Source of the DNA: Eledone cirrhosa
Taxonomy: Eukaryota
Reading direction: 5' to 3'
Length of the DNA stretch: 64,000 nucleotides
NCBI GenBank assembly: GCA_964016885.1
Contig: OZ024751.1
Coordinates: 51,460,001-51,524,000 of the forward strand
This document shows positions 1 through 13,388 of the stretch, piece by piece (the stretch's first letter is position 1; the number at the start of each line of letters is the position of its first letter). The notes beneath the pieces are model-generated. The model saw only the letters and a program-made list of their open reading frames with translations, was not told where the DNA came from and did not search any database. The position numbers and the translations under genes are program-made.

Positions 1-45
1 TACACTACCCGCCCATCCCCTCAATTTATCTAATTTCTCATTCTT

Positions 46-81
46 TCTTCTGATGAAGGACTAGCATCCGAAACATTAAGA
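46..81 (+). ncRNA. Minimal type I hammerhead ribozyme (family 1) in a short element ending in (TA)n at ~170
   Basis: TCTT-CTGATGA-aGGA ctagca TCC-GAAA-CA-TT|AAGA: intact core, 3-bp helix II, 4-bp helix I (TCTT/AAGA), helix III ACAT (probably a decayed ACGT palindrome). Confidence 0.7.
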
Positions 82-165
82 CCCTCTACCTGTTATATCA
101 AGCCTTAACCTAATATATCCCTTCCATATACTGTACTGATTGTGTTGTTATTTCTGTTTACCTTT

Positions 166-199
<34 letters not shown>

Positions 200-242
200 T
201 TTATATATATATATATATTTAAGAGTCTAAGTCAGTGTTGCA

Positions 243-285
<43 letters not shown>

Positions 286-807
286 ACTCTCCCATGAATT
301 TCAGCGTATAAGGATTCAAACAACCTATTCATTTCATTCAGTTTGGATGTTCATATGAGGCATGACATTTTAGACCTGCCACAGATTGTTCAAGAGTGAG
401 GTTTACTGGATAATATTGCTGGTATGTTTAATAAGGCTTTTCTCCTCCTTCTTGCTTCTTGTAGCCTATGGATACAACCAGAGATGAAATTCCTGATCCT
501 ATTATGACACACAGATCTCCAGTTCTACTGCAAAGCCACATGCTCAAATGAACGTGAGGACCCGTCCAACCCATGCAACAGTGGAAAAAAGGACATAAAA
601 ATGACGATGATATCATCATCGTTTAACGTCCATTTTCCACGCTAGCATGGGTCTTACCATTGTAAGGGGTCTGACGAGCCGTGGATTACAGAGTCGGGCT
701 AGATCGATACAGATCGAACCTTGAGCTGATCAATGGCGTAACACCCATCACCAACCAATAAAAGTAATGAAGGAGTAACCAATAGTCCTTGTTTTATTTT
801 ATTATTT

Positions 808-1200
808 TATTTCATTTCATTTCATTTCATTTACGTCCACTTTTCCCTGCTTGCAAGGGTGGGACGGGAACTGATTCTGGCTTGATTTCTACAGTTGGAT
901 GCCCTTCCTAACACCAACCTCATTTACAGTGAGTACTGGGTGCTTTTTTTTCCATGGCGCCTACACGTCCACTTTACAGTGTGCGCTGGGTGCTTTTTTG
1001 CCGTGGCACCTCTATGACCACTTTACAGTGGAATGATAGGGACCCCAGTCCCTATCATCTCATTTCTACAGCTGAGTAAACTGGAGCAATGTGAAATAAA
1101 GTGTCTTGCTCAAGGAAACAACACATCACCCGGCCCAAGAATTGAACTCACAACCTTTCGATTGCAAGGCCAATGCTCTAACCACTAAGCCATGTGTCTC
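808..1200 (-). mobile_element. tRNA-derived SINE, family A (RTE-type 3' tail)
   Basis: Reverse strand has A-box TGGCTTAGTGG and B-box GAGTTCAATTC; 3' end CCCACCCTTGCAAGCAGGGAAAAGTGGACGTAAA+(ATGAA)n is shared with the RTE fragment at 11297-11966; near-identical copies elsewhere in the window. Confidence 0.85.
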
Positions 1201-1614
1201 TATATATATATATAACCTTGGGCCCTCTTAAAATCATAGGGGTGTGATCGAGACATACAACATGTCATAAGCATTATAAACCTGGTAGAACCTACCATTC
1301 TCCAGGTCTGTATACAGCTAATTTATTACAGAGAGAGAAAGAGAGGGCTGGAGGCTGGAGTGATGAAGAAGAATTTGTACAAATATTAGCTTGATACTTT
1401 ATTTAATGACAACCAAAAGTATAAAAAACAAAGTTCATGTCAGGAGTATTTGAACTCAGAACTAGAGCTAAAACTATCCAGCTTTCTAAAGACTGTCAAT
1501 TTCCCACTTTTACATATATATCGTCCCACCCTTGCAAGCAGGGAAAAGCGGACGTAAAATGATGATGATGATGACGATGATGATGATGATATATATATAT
1601 ACACACACACATAC

Positions 1615-1645
<31 letters not shown>

Positions 1646-1672
1646 TACACACATATATATATATATATATAT

Positions 1673-2228
1673 AAATTGGAATAAATGCTCTGAAATAGCG
1701 ATATATATGTGAATATAGACATAGAATATTCGAAAATATTCTGTATGTTTATAATAAACATTTTGAAGACCTAATCGCTATAGAATAGAATACGTCACGT
1801 ATTACAATTAGATTCTCGATAAAAGCAAGGGAAGTAATCTACGCATTTCATTCTTGTTAGAAATCATCAGGACTACATATCCAGTGCTTTTATCGAGAAT
1901 GACACAGCTAGAGACTTATAGAATACTTAGCTGTGTACAGGAACTGGTTTGAAAGAGCGGTTGCCGGTCCGGCAGAAATTAGAAATTGGAATAAATGCTC
2001 TGAAATAGCGATATATATGTGAATATAGACATAGAATATTCGAAAATATTCTGTATGTTTATAATAAACATTTTGAAGACCTAATCGCTATAGAATAGAA
2101 TACGTCACGTATTACAATTAGATTCTCGATAAAAGCAAGGGAAGTAATCTACGCATTTCATTCTTGTTAGAAATCATCAGGACTACATATCCAGTGCTTT
2201 TATCGAGAATGACACAGCTAGAGACTTA
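1673..2228 (-). repeat. Inverted arm (~1.8 copies) of the 310-bp HHR monomer
   Basis: Reverse complement of the array at 2229-7357; period 310 (1681 vs 1991); HHRs at 1834-1876 and 2144-2186 on minus. Confidence 0.95.
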
Positions 2229-5200
2229 ATGTAGTCCTGATGATTTCTAACAAGAATGAAATGCGTAGATTACTTCCCTTGCTTTTATCGAGAATCTAAT
2301 TGTAATACGTGACGTATTCTATTCTATAGCGATTAGGTCTTCAAAATGTTTATTATAAACATACAGAATATTTTCGAATATTCTATGTCTATATTCACAT
2401 ATATATCGCTATTTCAGAGCATTTATTCCAATTTCTAATTTCTGCCGGACCGGCAACCGCTCTTTCAAACCAGTTCCTGTACACAGCTAAGTATTCTATA
2501 AGTCTCTAGCTGTGTCATTCTCGATAAAAGCACTGGATATGTAGTCCTGATGATTTCTAACAAGAATGAAATGCGTAGATTACTTCCCTTGCTTTTATCG
2601 AGAATCTAATTGTAATACGTGACGTATTCTATTCTATAGCGATTAGGTCTTCAAAATGTTTATTATAAACATACAGAATATTTTCGAATATTCTATGTCT
2701 ATATTCACATATATATCGCTATTTCAGAGCATTTATTCCAATTTCTAATTTCTGCCGGACCGGCAACCGCTCTTTCAAACCAGTTCCTGTACACAGCTAA
2801 GTATTCTATAAGTCTCTAGCTGTGTCATTCTCGATAAAAGCACTGGATATGTAGTCCTGATGATTTCTAACAAGAATGAAATGCGTAGATTACTTCCCTT
2901 GCTTTTATCGAGAATCTAATTGTAATACGTGACGTATTCTATTCTATAGCGATTAGGTCTTCAAAATGTTTATTATAAACATACAGAATATTTTCGAATA
3001 TTCTATGTCTATATTCACATATATATCGCTATTTCAGAGCATTTATTCCAATTTCTAATTTCTGCCGGACCGGCAACCGCTCTTTCAAACCAGTTCCTGT
3101 ACACAGCTAAGTATTCTATAAGTCTCTAGCTGTGTCATTCTCGATAAAAGCACTGGATATGTAGTCCTGATGATTTCTAACAAGAATGAAATGCGTAGAT
3201 TACTTCCCTTGCTTTTATCGAGAATCTAATTGTAATACGTGACGTATTCTATTCTATAGCGATTAGGTCTTCAAAATGTTTATTATAAACATACAGAATA
3301 TTTTCGAATATTCTATGTCTATATTCACATATATATCGCTATTTCAGAGCATTTATTCCAATTTCTAATTTCTGCCGGACCGGCAACCGCTCTTTCAAAC
3401 CAGTTCCTGTACACAGCTAAGTATTCTATAAGTCTCTAGCTGTGTCATTCTCGATAAAAGCACTGGATATGTAGTCCTGATGATTTCTAACAAGAATGAA
3501 ATGCGTAGATTACTTCCCTTGCTTTTATCGAGAATCTAATTGTAATACGTGACGTATTCTATTCTATAGCGATTAGGTCTTCAAAATGTTTATTATAAAC
3601 ATACAGAATATTTTCGAATATTCTATGTCTATATTCACATATATATCGCTATTTCAGAGCATTTATTCCAATTTCTAATTTCTGCCGGACCGGCAACCGC
3701 TCTTTCAAACCAGTTCCTGTACACAGCTAAGTATTCTATAAGTCTCTAGCTGTGTCATTCTCGATAAAAGCACTGGATATGTAGTCCTGATGATTTCTAA
3801 CAAGAATGAAATGCGTAGATTACTTCCCTTGCTTTTATCGAGAATCTAATTGTAATACGTGACGTATTCTATTCTATAGCGATTAGGTCTTCAAAATGTT
3901 TATTATAAACATACAGAATATTTTCGAATATTCTATGTCTATATTCACATATATATCGCTATTTCAGAGCATTTATTCCAATTTCTAATTTCTGCCGGAC
4001 CGGCAACCGCTCTTTCAAACCAGTTCCTGTACACAGCTAAGTATTCTATAAGTCTCTAGCTGTGTCATTCTCGATAAAAGCACTGGATATGTAGTCCTGA
4101 TGATTTCTAACAAGAATGAAATGCGTAGATTACTTCCCTTGCTTTTATCGAGAATCTAATTGTAATACGTGACGTATTCTATTCTATAGCGATTAGGTCT
4201 TCAAAATGTTTATTATAAACATACAGAATATTTTCGAATATTCTATGTCTATATTCACATATATATCGCTATTTCAGAGCATTTATTCCAATTTCTAATT
4301 TCTGCCGGACCGGCAACCGCTCTTTCAAACCAGTTCCTGTACACAGCTAAGTATTCTATAAGTCTCTAGCTGTGTCATTCTCGATAAAAGCACTGGATAT
4401 GTAGTCCTGATGATTTCTAACAAGAATGAAATGCGTAGATTACTTCCCTTGCTTTTATCGAGAATCTAATTGTAATACGTGACGTATTCTATTCTATAGC
4501 GATTAGGTCTTCAAAATGTTTATTATAAACATACAGAATATTTTCGAATATTCTATGTCTATATTCACATATATATCGCTATTTCAGAGCATTTATTCCA
4601 ATTTCTAATTTCTGCCGGACCGGCAACCGCTCTTTCAAACCAGTTCCTGTACACAGCTAAGTATTCTATAAGTCTCTAGCTGTGTCATTCTCGATAAAAG
4701 CACTGGATATGTAGTCCTGATGATTTCTAACAAGAATGAAATGCGTAGATTACTTCCCTTGCTTTTATCGAGAATCTAATTGTAATACGTGACGTATTCT
4801 ATTCTATAGCGATTAGGTCTTCAAAATGTTTATTATAAACATACAGAATATTTTCGAATATTCTATGTCTATATTCACATATATATCGCTATTTCAGAGC
4901 ATTTATTCCAATTTCTAATTTCTGCCGGACCGGCAACCGCTCTTTCAAACCAGTTCCTGTACACAGCTAAGTATTCTATAAGTCTCTAGCTGTGTCATTC
5001 TCGATAAAAGCACTGGATATGTAGTCCTGATGATTTCTAACAAGAATGAAATGCGTAGATTACTTCCCTTGCTTTTATCGAGAATCTAATTGTAATACGT
5101 GACGTATTCTATTCTATAGCGATTAGGTCTTCAAAATGTTTATTATAAACATACAGAATATTTTCGAATATTCTATGTCTATATTCACATATATATCGCT

Positions 5201-7353
5201 ATTTCAGAGCATTTATTCCAATTTCTAATTTCTGCCGGACCGGCAACCGCTCTTTCAAACCAGTTCCTGTACACAGCTAAGTATTCTATAAGTCTCTAGC
5301 TGTGTCATTCTCGATAAAAGCACTGGATATGTAGTCCTGATGATTTCTAACAAGAATGAAATGCGTAGATTACTTCCCTTGCTTTTATCGAGAATCTAAT
5401 TGTAATACGTGACGTATTCTATTCTATAGCGATTAGGTCTTCAAAATGTTTATTATAAACATACAGAATATTTTCGAATATTCTATGTCTATATTCACAT
5501 ATATATCGCTATTTCAGAGCATTTATTCCAATTTCTAATTTCTGCCGGACCGGCAACCGCTCTTTCAAACCAGTTCCTGTACACAGCTAAGTATTCTATA
5601 AGTCTCTAGCTGTGTCATTCTCGATAAAAGCACTGGATATGTAGTCCTGATGATTTCTAACAAGAATGAAATGCGTAGATTACTTCCCTTGCTTTTATCG
5701 AGAATCTAATTGTAATACGTGACGTATTCTATTCTATAGCGATTAGGTCTTCAAAATGTTTATTATAAACATACAGAATATTTTCGAATATTCTATGTCT
5801 ATATTCACATATATATCGCTATTTCAGAGCATTTATTCCAATTTCTAATTTCTGCCGGACCGGCAACCGCTCTTTCAAACCAGTTCCTGTACACAGCTAA
5901 GTATTCTATAAGTCTCTAGCTGTGTCATTCTCGATAAAAGCACTGGATATGTAGTCCTGATGATTTCTAACAAGAATGAAATGCGTAGATTACTTCCCTT
6001 GCTTTTATCGAGAATCTAATTGTAATACGTGACGTATTCTATTCTATAGCGATTAGGTCTTCAAAATGTTTATTATAAACATACAGAATATTTTCGAATA
6101 TTCTATGTCTATATTCACATATATATCGCTATTTCAGAGCATTTATTCCAATTTCTAATTTCTGCCGGACCGGCAACCGCTCTTTCAAACCAGTTCCTGT
6201 ACACAGCTAAGTATTCTATAAGTCTCTAGCTGTGTCATTCTCGATAAAAGCACTGGATATGTAGTCCTGATGATTTCTAACAAGAATGAAATGCGTAGAT
6301 TACTTCCCTTGCTTTTATCGAGAATCTAATTGTAATACGTGACGTATTCTATTCTATAGCGATTAGGTCTTCAAAATGTTTATTATAAACATACAGAATA
6401 TTTTCGAATATTCTATGTCTATATTCACATATATATCGCTATTTCAGAGCATTTATTCCAATTTCTAATTTCTGCCGGACCGGCAACCGCTCTTTCAAAC
6501 CAGTTCCTGTACACAGCTAAGTATTCTATAAGTCTCTAGCTGTGTCATTCTCGATAAAAGCACTGGATATGTAGTCCTGATGATTTCTAACAAGAATGAA
6601 ATGCGTAGATTACTTCCCTTGCTTTTATCGAGAATCTAATTGTAATACGTGACGTATTCTATTCTATAGCGATTAGGTCTTCAAAATGTTTATTATAAAC
6701 ATACAGAATATTTTCGAATATTCTATGTCTATATTCACATATATATCGCTATTTCAGAGCATTTATTCCAATTTCTAATTTCTGCCGGACCGGCAACCGC
6801 TCTTTCAAACCAGTTCCTGTACACAGCTAAGTATTCTATAAGTCTCTAGCTGTGTCATTCTCGATAAAAGCACTGGATATGTAGTCCTGATGATTTCTAA
6901 CAAGAATGAAATGCGTAGATTACTTCCCTTGCTTTTATCGAGAATCTAATTGTAATACGTGACGTATTCTATTCTATAGCGATTAGGTCTTCAAAATGTT
7001 TATTATAAACATACAGAATATTTTCGAATATTCTATGTCTATATTCACATATATATCGCTATTTCAGAGCATTTATTCCAATTTCTAATTTCTGCCGGAC
7101 CGGCAACCGCTCTTTCAAACCAGTTCCTGTACACAGCTAAGTATTCTATAAGTCTCTAGCTGTGTCATTCTCGATAAAAGCACTGGATATGTAGTCCTGA
7201 TGATTTCTAACAAGAATGAAATGCGTAGATTACTTCCCTTGCTTTTATCGAGAATCTAATTGTAATACGTGACGTATTCTATTCTATAGCGATTAGGTCT
7301 TCAAAATGTTTATTATAAACATACAGAATATTTTCGAATATTCTATGTCTATA

Positions 7354-7357
<4 letters not shown>
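2229..7357 (+). repeat. Tandem array of ~16.5 apparently identical 310-bp monomers, each with a hammerhead ribozyme (retrozyme-like)
   Basis: GTAGTCCTGATGA recurs at 2231, 2541, ... 7191 (17 times, step 310); no differences between copies seen by eye; array ends in (TA)n. Confidence 0.95.
2231..2273 (+). ncRNA. Minimal type I hammerhead ribozyme (first of 17 plus-strand copies)
   Basis: GTAGTC-CTGATGA-tTTCT aaca AGAAt-GAAA-TGCG-TA|GATTAC: helix I GTAGTC/GATTAC (6 bp, one G.U), helix II TTCT/AGAA, self-complementary helix III ATGCGT, predicted cleavage after GUA at 2267. Confidence 0.9.
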
Positions 7358-7431
<74 letters not shown>

Positions 7432-7548
7432 TATATACATACATATATATATATATACACATACATATATGTATCTACACACACACACATATATATATAC
7501 AAATATTTATATATATGGGGGGGGTATACATATATATCTATATATATA

Positions 7549-7650
<102 letters not shown>

Positions 7651-7651
7651 C

Positions 7652-7757
<106 letters not shown>

Positions 7758-7759
7758 TA

Positions 7760-7793
<34 letters not shown>

Positions 7794-8056
7794 CATATAT
7801 ACATATACATATATATATACATTTACATACACAAACATTCATAGACAGAACAATTAATTGATTAATTGTAAGAGAAACTGAGAGAGAAAGAGAGAGGGAG
7901 AAAGAGAAAGAAAGAGAAGAATGAGAGAGGCAAATGTAAATATACTTCTGACAAATCGTATTGTTTATAAATACATCACAACTAATTTTACTTATGCAGC
8001 AATCTCAGATCAAGCTCATGTGCAGTATGTGTGTGTGCATATGTTTATATATCTAC

Positions 8057-8089
<33 letters not shown>

Positions 8090-8132
8090 CATATGTTTAT
8101 ATATCTACATATATATATATGTGTGTATGTGT

Positions 8133-8163
<31 letters not shown>

Positions 8164-8208
8164 AATATATATAGATACATTCTCGTTTGTTCATTTCTTG
8201 TATTCCTT

Positions 8209-8565
8209 CATCATCATCATTTCATTTTACGTCCACTTTTCCCTGCTTGCAAGGGTGGGACGGGAACTGATTCAGGCTTGATTTCTACAGCTGGATGCCC
8301 TTCCTAACACCAACCTCATTTACAGTGAGTACTGGGTGCTTTTTTGCCATGGCGCCCACACATCCACTTTACAGTGTGGGCTGGGTGCTTTTTTGCCGTG
8401 GCACCTCCACGACCACTTTACAGAGGAATGATAGGGACCCCAGTCCCCATCATCTCACTTCCACAGCTGAGTAAACTGGAGCAATGTGAAATAAAGTGTC
8501 TTGTTCAAGGAAACAACACATCACCCAGTCTGAGAATTGAACTAACCACTAAGCCATGTGCCTCC
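8209..8565 (-). mobile_element. SINE family A copy (internal deletion in head)
   Basis: Matches 808-1200 and 60733-61061. Confidence 0.85.
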
Positions 8566-8701
8566 TTATATATATATATATATATACGTATGTATGTATA
8601 TATACATATATATATGTGTGTGTGTGTATTTATAGAGAGAGAAATAGATTGATTTGTATATATCAAAATAAATCACTGGGATTAACGTGTGTGCATGCGT
8701 G

Positions 8702-8734
<33 letters not shown>

Positions 8735-8988
8735 GTGTGTGTGCTGTGTGCGTATGTATGCATATGTGTATGTATGTATGTGTGTATGTATGGTAATCAT
8801 CATCATCATCATCAGGAACATTTTCTCCATGCTCACATGGTTCACATGTATATTGTCCAGCACAATAATTCACCACTTGTTGCTGGCCTTGGAAATCTCC
8901 TTGTAAGGGTCAGCCAACTAAAATCAGCTTTCAGATATAATACACACACACATATATATATATGTGTCTATATATTTATATATATGTG

Positions 8989-9029
<41 letters not shown>

Positions 9030-9030
9030 T

Positions 9031-9078
<48 letters not shown>

Positions 9079-9131
9079 AACACACACACACATATATATA
9101 TATATATACATATGTTATATATGTGTATATG

Positions 9132-9175
<44 letters not shown>

Positions 9176-10283
9176 ATTACATATACACACACACACATAT
9201 ATATACTGGGTACATGGAGGAAAGAAAGACAGCAAGTAAGCCGCAGTGATAACAAAGGGCTGTTGTGGGAGATAAGAAACATTACTTAGACAAATACAGA
9301 GTGAAATAGAGAGGTATATAGATAGAGGGGAGAGACACTAAGAGAGAAAGAGAGTATGAGGAGTAGTGAGAGAGAATCATACAGACAGAGAGAGAGTATG
9401 TATTTACTACTTGTATAATGTCCTTTAGATATAATAGCAGTAATATTTTATCTAATACTGGAGGGCCAGTTCCATCACTAATGACAGCAACACTGTGGAA
9501 GGTGTTTAATTTTTTGGAGTCCAGGTTTGATATGCCATATACAGTGTAACCCCAGCATTTGTAGTCCTCACAGTCGTGGTCCTGGTTAATTGTAAAATTT
9601 TCCTTAGACCCTAACTAATAATAGTTCTTGGAAACCACCGGGTACTTGCAGAATCATAAATATCTTCCACAATTTTTTTTATGGATTTTTTCGTGGCAAT
9701 ATATATATTTTTTTTTTAATGCTAAATTATTGATAACAATATACCATTGTTGCCGGCCTATTGGATGCCCCTTTGTATAAGACGTTCCCTTTTTTTTTAA
9801 ATTATATTTTAACGTTATATTTTGACATTTATAGGCATTTTTATGGACCACGTCCAATATTCGCGGTTTTTCACTCTTTGCTGGTGTTCTAGGAACGTAA
9901 CTCACAGAAATACCAGGGCACTGCTGTATATCAAGATGACTGAATATATGAACAAACTGGAGAATTTGTGTTTTGATAAAACTAATTGCTTGTATAAGAG
10001 AAACCTTATATTTTATACTGATTACTGACATGTGAAAGAGATTAAAAAAAAATATTGTTATCATTTATTTCTAGGATACATTTTTTTAAAAATCAGTATA
10101 TATATGTACAAAAATAATATTTTAGTAATTTGTTTCAAAGATATAATGACATAAATGTTTAAGCATATATGTACAAATGACATACAGGATTAAATATATG
10201 AGTAACTTTGGGGAAATAACTATTTACAGGGACAAATGTAGGGTTAGAACCTAGGATCTTGTGATGAGAAAGCAAACTTATTA

Positions 10284-10504
10284 TAGCAACATAACTGATA
10301 TAAGAAATGTATTGTGTGTATATATGTTTGTGTGTGTAAATTTGAAAAAGTTATAGACGGAGAAATATATATATATATACAAATACATATGGCATATTAT
10401 TATACTTGATATCATGTTATAAGATGCATTCTAGCAACATGACTGATATAGGAAATGTATTGTGTGTATGTGTGTTTGTGTGTAAATTCTAAAGAGTTAC
10501 GGAC

Positions 10505-10541
<37 letters not shown>

Positions 10542-10585
10542 AATACACATGGCATATTATTGTAGTTGATATCATATTATAAGAT
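10284..10585. repeat. Local tandem duplication, ~148-bp period
   Basis: TAGCAACATrACTGATATArGAAATGTATTGTGTGT at 10284 and 10432. Confidence 0.75.
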
Positions 10586-11000
10586 GTAATACTATCAATG
10601 AATGATGTTGATGTATTCACCCTTCAAAGTATTGACCACGGATAGCTATTTCACATGATATGTTCAGTTGCAAGAACTGTTTGGAAAACAACACAGGACT
10701 AGATATACATACATATATATATGTATACATATATACACACACATATATACACACACATATATATATATACACACACATATATACACACACATATATATAT
10801 ATATAATAATGATATTATTTATAGTTATATATACACTATATACAACTATAAACAGGAAAGGTCAGTAATTTATTACTACCTTATTATCAGTAAGAAAAAA
10901 ATAGCTCAATGTAAATACATGAGATGTTTTACAGAGCTAGAATATAAATTACACAATAATCAAAGCTTTGTTCAAATGTAGCTTTGATTATTGTGTAATT

Positions 11001-11031
<31 letters not shown>

Positions 11032-11145
11032 TTATATATATATATAATATTCATAAAATTAATAAATATATACATAATATTCATAATTCTCTATTCTTTT
11101 TTGTTTCATTCAATATATATGTTTATATATATGATTATTATTATT

Positions 11146-11297
11146 AGACGGTGGATTGGCAGTATCGGTAGAGAGTCGGGCACCATGCTTTCAAGCATAG
11201 AGTTACGTCCCTTTACGGTCTGAGTTCAAATCCCGCCGAGGTTAACTTTGCCTTTCATCCTTACGGGGTCGATAAAATAAAGTACCAGTAATGCACT
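11146..11297 (+). mobile_element. tRNA-derived SINE, family B (Deu/Nin-domain-like), 3'-truncated
   Basis: GAGTTCAAATCCC B-box followed by GCCTTTCATCCTTACGGGGTCGATAAAATAAAGTACC; many copies in the window. Confidence 0.8.
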
Positions 11298-11966
11298 TTC
11301 AAATGCAGGCAGGTGCTATAGAAGTGGTGGATAGCTTCCAGTACCTAGGAGATCAGATTAGCATGGGAGGGGGGGGGGTTCCGAGGCCATAGTATCTAGA
11401 ATAAGGACGGGTTGGAAGAAGTTTAGGGAGCTGCTTCCTCTGCTGATGAAGAAAGGTTTCTCCCTGCGTACGAAAGGCTGGTTATATAATGCCTGTGTGA
11501 GGAGCGCGATGCTGCATGGTAGTGAGACATGGGCAGCAACTGCAGAGGATATGCAACAGCTGGAGAGAAATGAGGCAAACATGCTCCATTGGATGTGCAA
11601 TGTCAATGTGCGTGAACAACCCAGCATGGATGTGTTGAGAGAGAAACTGTGTCTGAGAGGGATAGAACGTAGTGTGCGAGAGAGGAGACTGCGGTGGTAT
11701 GGACATGTGAGGCGCATGGAGGATGATCGATGGGTGAAGAAGTGCCAGGAAATGCCAGTTGAAGGAAGACATGGTAGAAGTAGACCACGAAAAACATGGA
11801 CGGAGGTGGTGAGAACAGACCTCAGATCGCTGAAGCTCACAGTGGAGATGACGAAGGACCGTGACAAGTGGAGAGATGCTGTGCTGAATAAGACCCACCC
11901 ACCCTTGCAAGCAAGGAAAAGCGGACGTAAAATGATGATGATGATGATGATGATGACGATGATGAT
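11297..11966 (+). mobile_element. 5'-truncated RTE LINE, family 2 (C-terminal RT region plus (GAT)n tail)
   Basis: Translates ...FQYLGDQIS...WKKFRELLPLL...AMLHGSETW...RRLRWYGHV..., homologous to the C-terminus of the 32358 ORF but diverged; ends in (ATG)n. Confidence 0.9.
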
Positions 11967-12156
11967 GTATGTATATCTATATATGAGGGTCAGCTGAAAG
12001 GTTTATAGGCTGACCAAAATACTCTCATGGAATGACCATGAAATTATGTTGGAAAGGTTCTAGATAAATACACTTGCATTGCATATATAGAGCTGAAACT
12101 CCTTATAGTGTCATAAGAGTGCTGTAATGAAATGTGGCATTACTTAGGCATTTTAA

Positions 12157-12273
12157 CCCTTTAGCCATAACTGGCTGCTCATACTGATTATTAAGGTATT
12201 GTTCTCAAAATAAATAACATCAAAATCTCATAGATTCGATATTCTGTAAGATAATTATGTAAATGCTAAAGGG
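12157..12273. mobile_element. piggyBac-like MITE
   Basis: TTAA|CCCTTTAGC ... GCTAAAGGG|TTAA; a related inverted copy lies at 38951-39345. Confidence 0.75.
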
Positions 12274-12839
12274 TTAAATCTGGCGGGGCCCATTGCCTTT
12301 CCAGGTCTGAACAGGAGGAGAGAGAGAATGTTAGAGAGGAAGTGAAAAAGTCATGGAGGAAGAATCAACCCTAGTACTGGACTGGTACTTTTTCATTGAC
12401 CTTGAAAGGATGAAAGGCAAAGTTGACAGCAGTTGGATTTGAACTCAGAAGGGAGAGAGATTCAGAACAAATACTGCAAAGTATTCTACCTCACATTCTA
12501 ATGACTCTGCCACAACCTAGATAAATATAAACACTTTAAAATAAACAACTGTAGTATAGAACCAGAGGTAGTTTATCTAGTTGGTATGAAAAGAGCTAGT
12601 CAGCTTTGCTTATCATCCATGTGAAGCTGATAAAATATCATAATATTTAACGTGGTGCTAGATAGATATTAGAGTTGTCATGTAAAAGGAATCATTTAAT
12701 TACTACACCCCCTCCACTCAAAATATCTGTTTTGTAGATATGTAAAGAATTATATATATATAATAATGAAATTATTGTGTACAGTGCTCAGGTGCACTAC
12801 AACTCATCAAAAGTACATGTATAGTATAGAGAATAATTG

Positions 12840-13025
12840 TTTTTACTTTTGGCACAAAGCCAGCAATTACCCAGTGCATTACTGGAACTTTATTTTATCG
12901 ACTCCGTAAGGATGAAAGGCAAAGTTAACCTCGGCGGGATTTGAACTCAGAATGGCAAGGGCCATAACTCTATGCGTCAAAGCATGGTGTCCGATCCTCT
13001 ACCGATACTGCCAATCCACCGCCCT
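12840..13025 (-). mobile_element. SINE family B copy
   Basis: Reverse complement of 11146-11297 and 38973-39160. Confidence 0.8.
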
Positions 13026-13388
13026 TTATAGGTTAGAGAATAATGTACAAATGTCAGGAAAGTGAACAGTGTATGAGTCATGATATACATGTGTGCATGT
13101 GTATGGAGGGGGAATATCAGGTACACATATATAAAGAAATTATATATATATATGTGTGTGTGTGTATGGTGGTGGTGGTGGTGCTTAAAAAATAACCCCA
13201 ATAGGATTTGAACTGAAACCCTGGAGGTATAAATCTAAATGCTGCAATGCGTTTGGTTTGACACATCTCCAAGAATTCTTCAGGTAGTTATTGGTAATAT
13301 TGATTTGATTAGAATAAGATGAAGGCTAAACATTGAGAAGAATGAACTACAGATCATACAGTACCAGCAAATGAAGAACTCTCTATAT

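Noticed and set aside
668-725. CTGACGA motif (also isolated CTGANGA at 18994, 40021, 61710, 63004)
   Set aside because: No properly placed GAAA / helix II / helix I.
2229-7357. CRISPR array or centromeric satellite interpretation
   Set aside because: No variable spacers and no cas genes; one ribozyme per unit, an inverted arm and TA flanks fit a retro-insertion better, though satellite-like amplification cannot be excluded.
9440-10070. Possible decayed GIY-YIG or NCKX exon sequence
   Set aside because: Only vague motif resemblance, stops in all frames and inconsistent motif order.
10640-10672. Minus-strand CTGAACA...GAAATAGCTATC with a palindromic helix III
   Set aside because: G8 absent and helix I does not pair.
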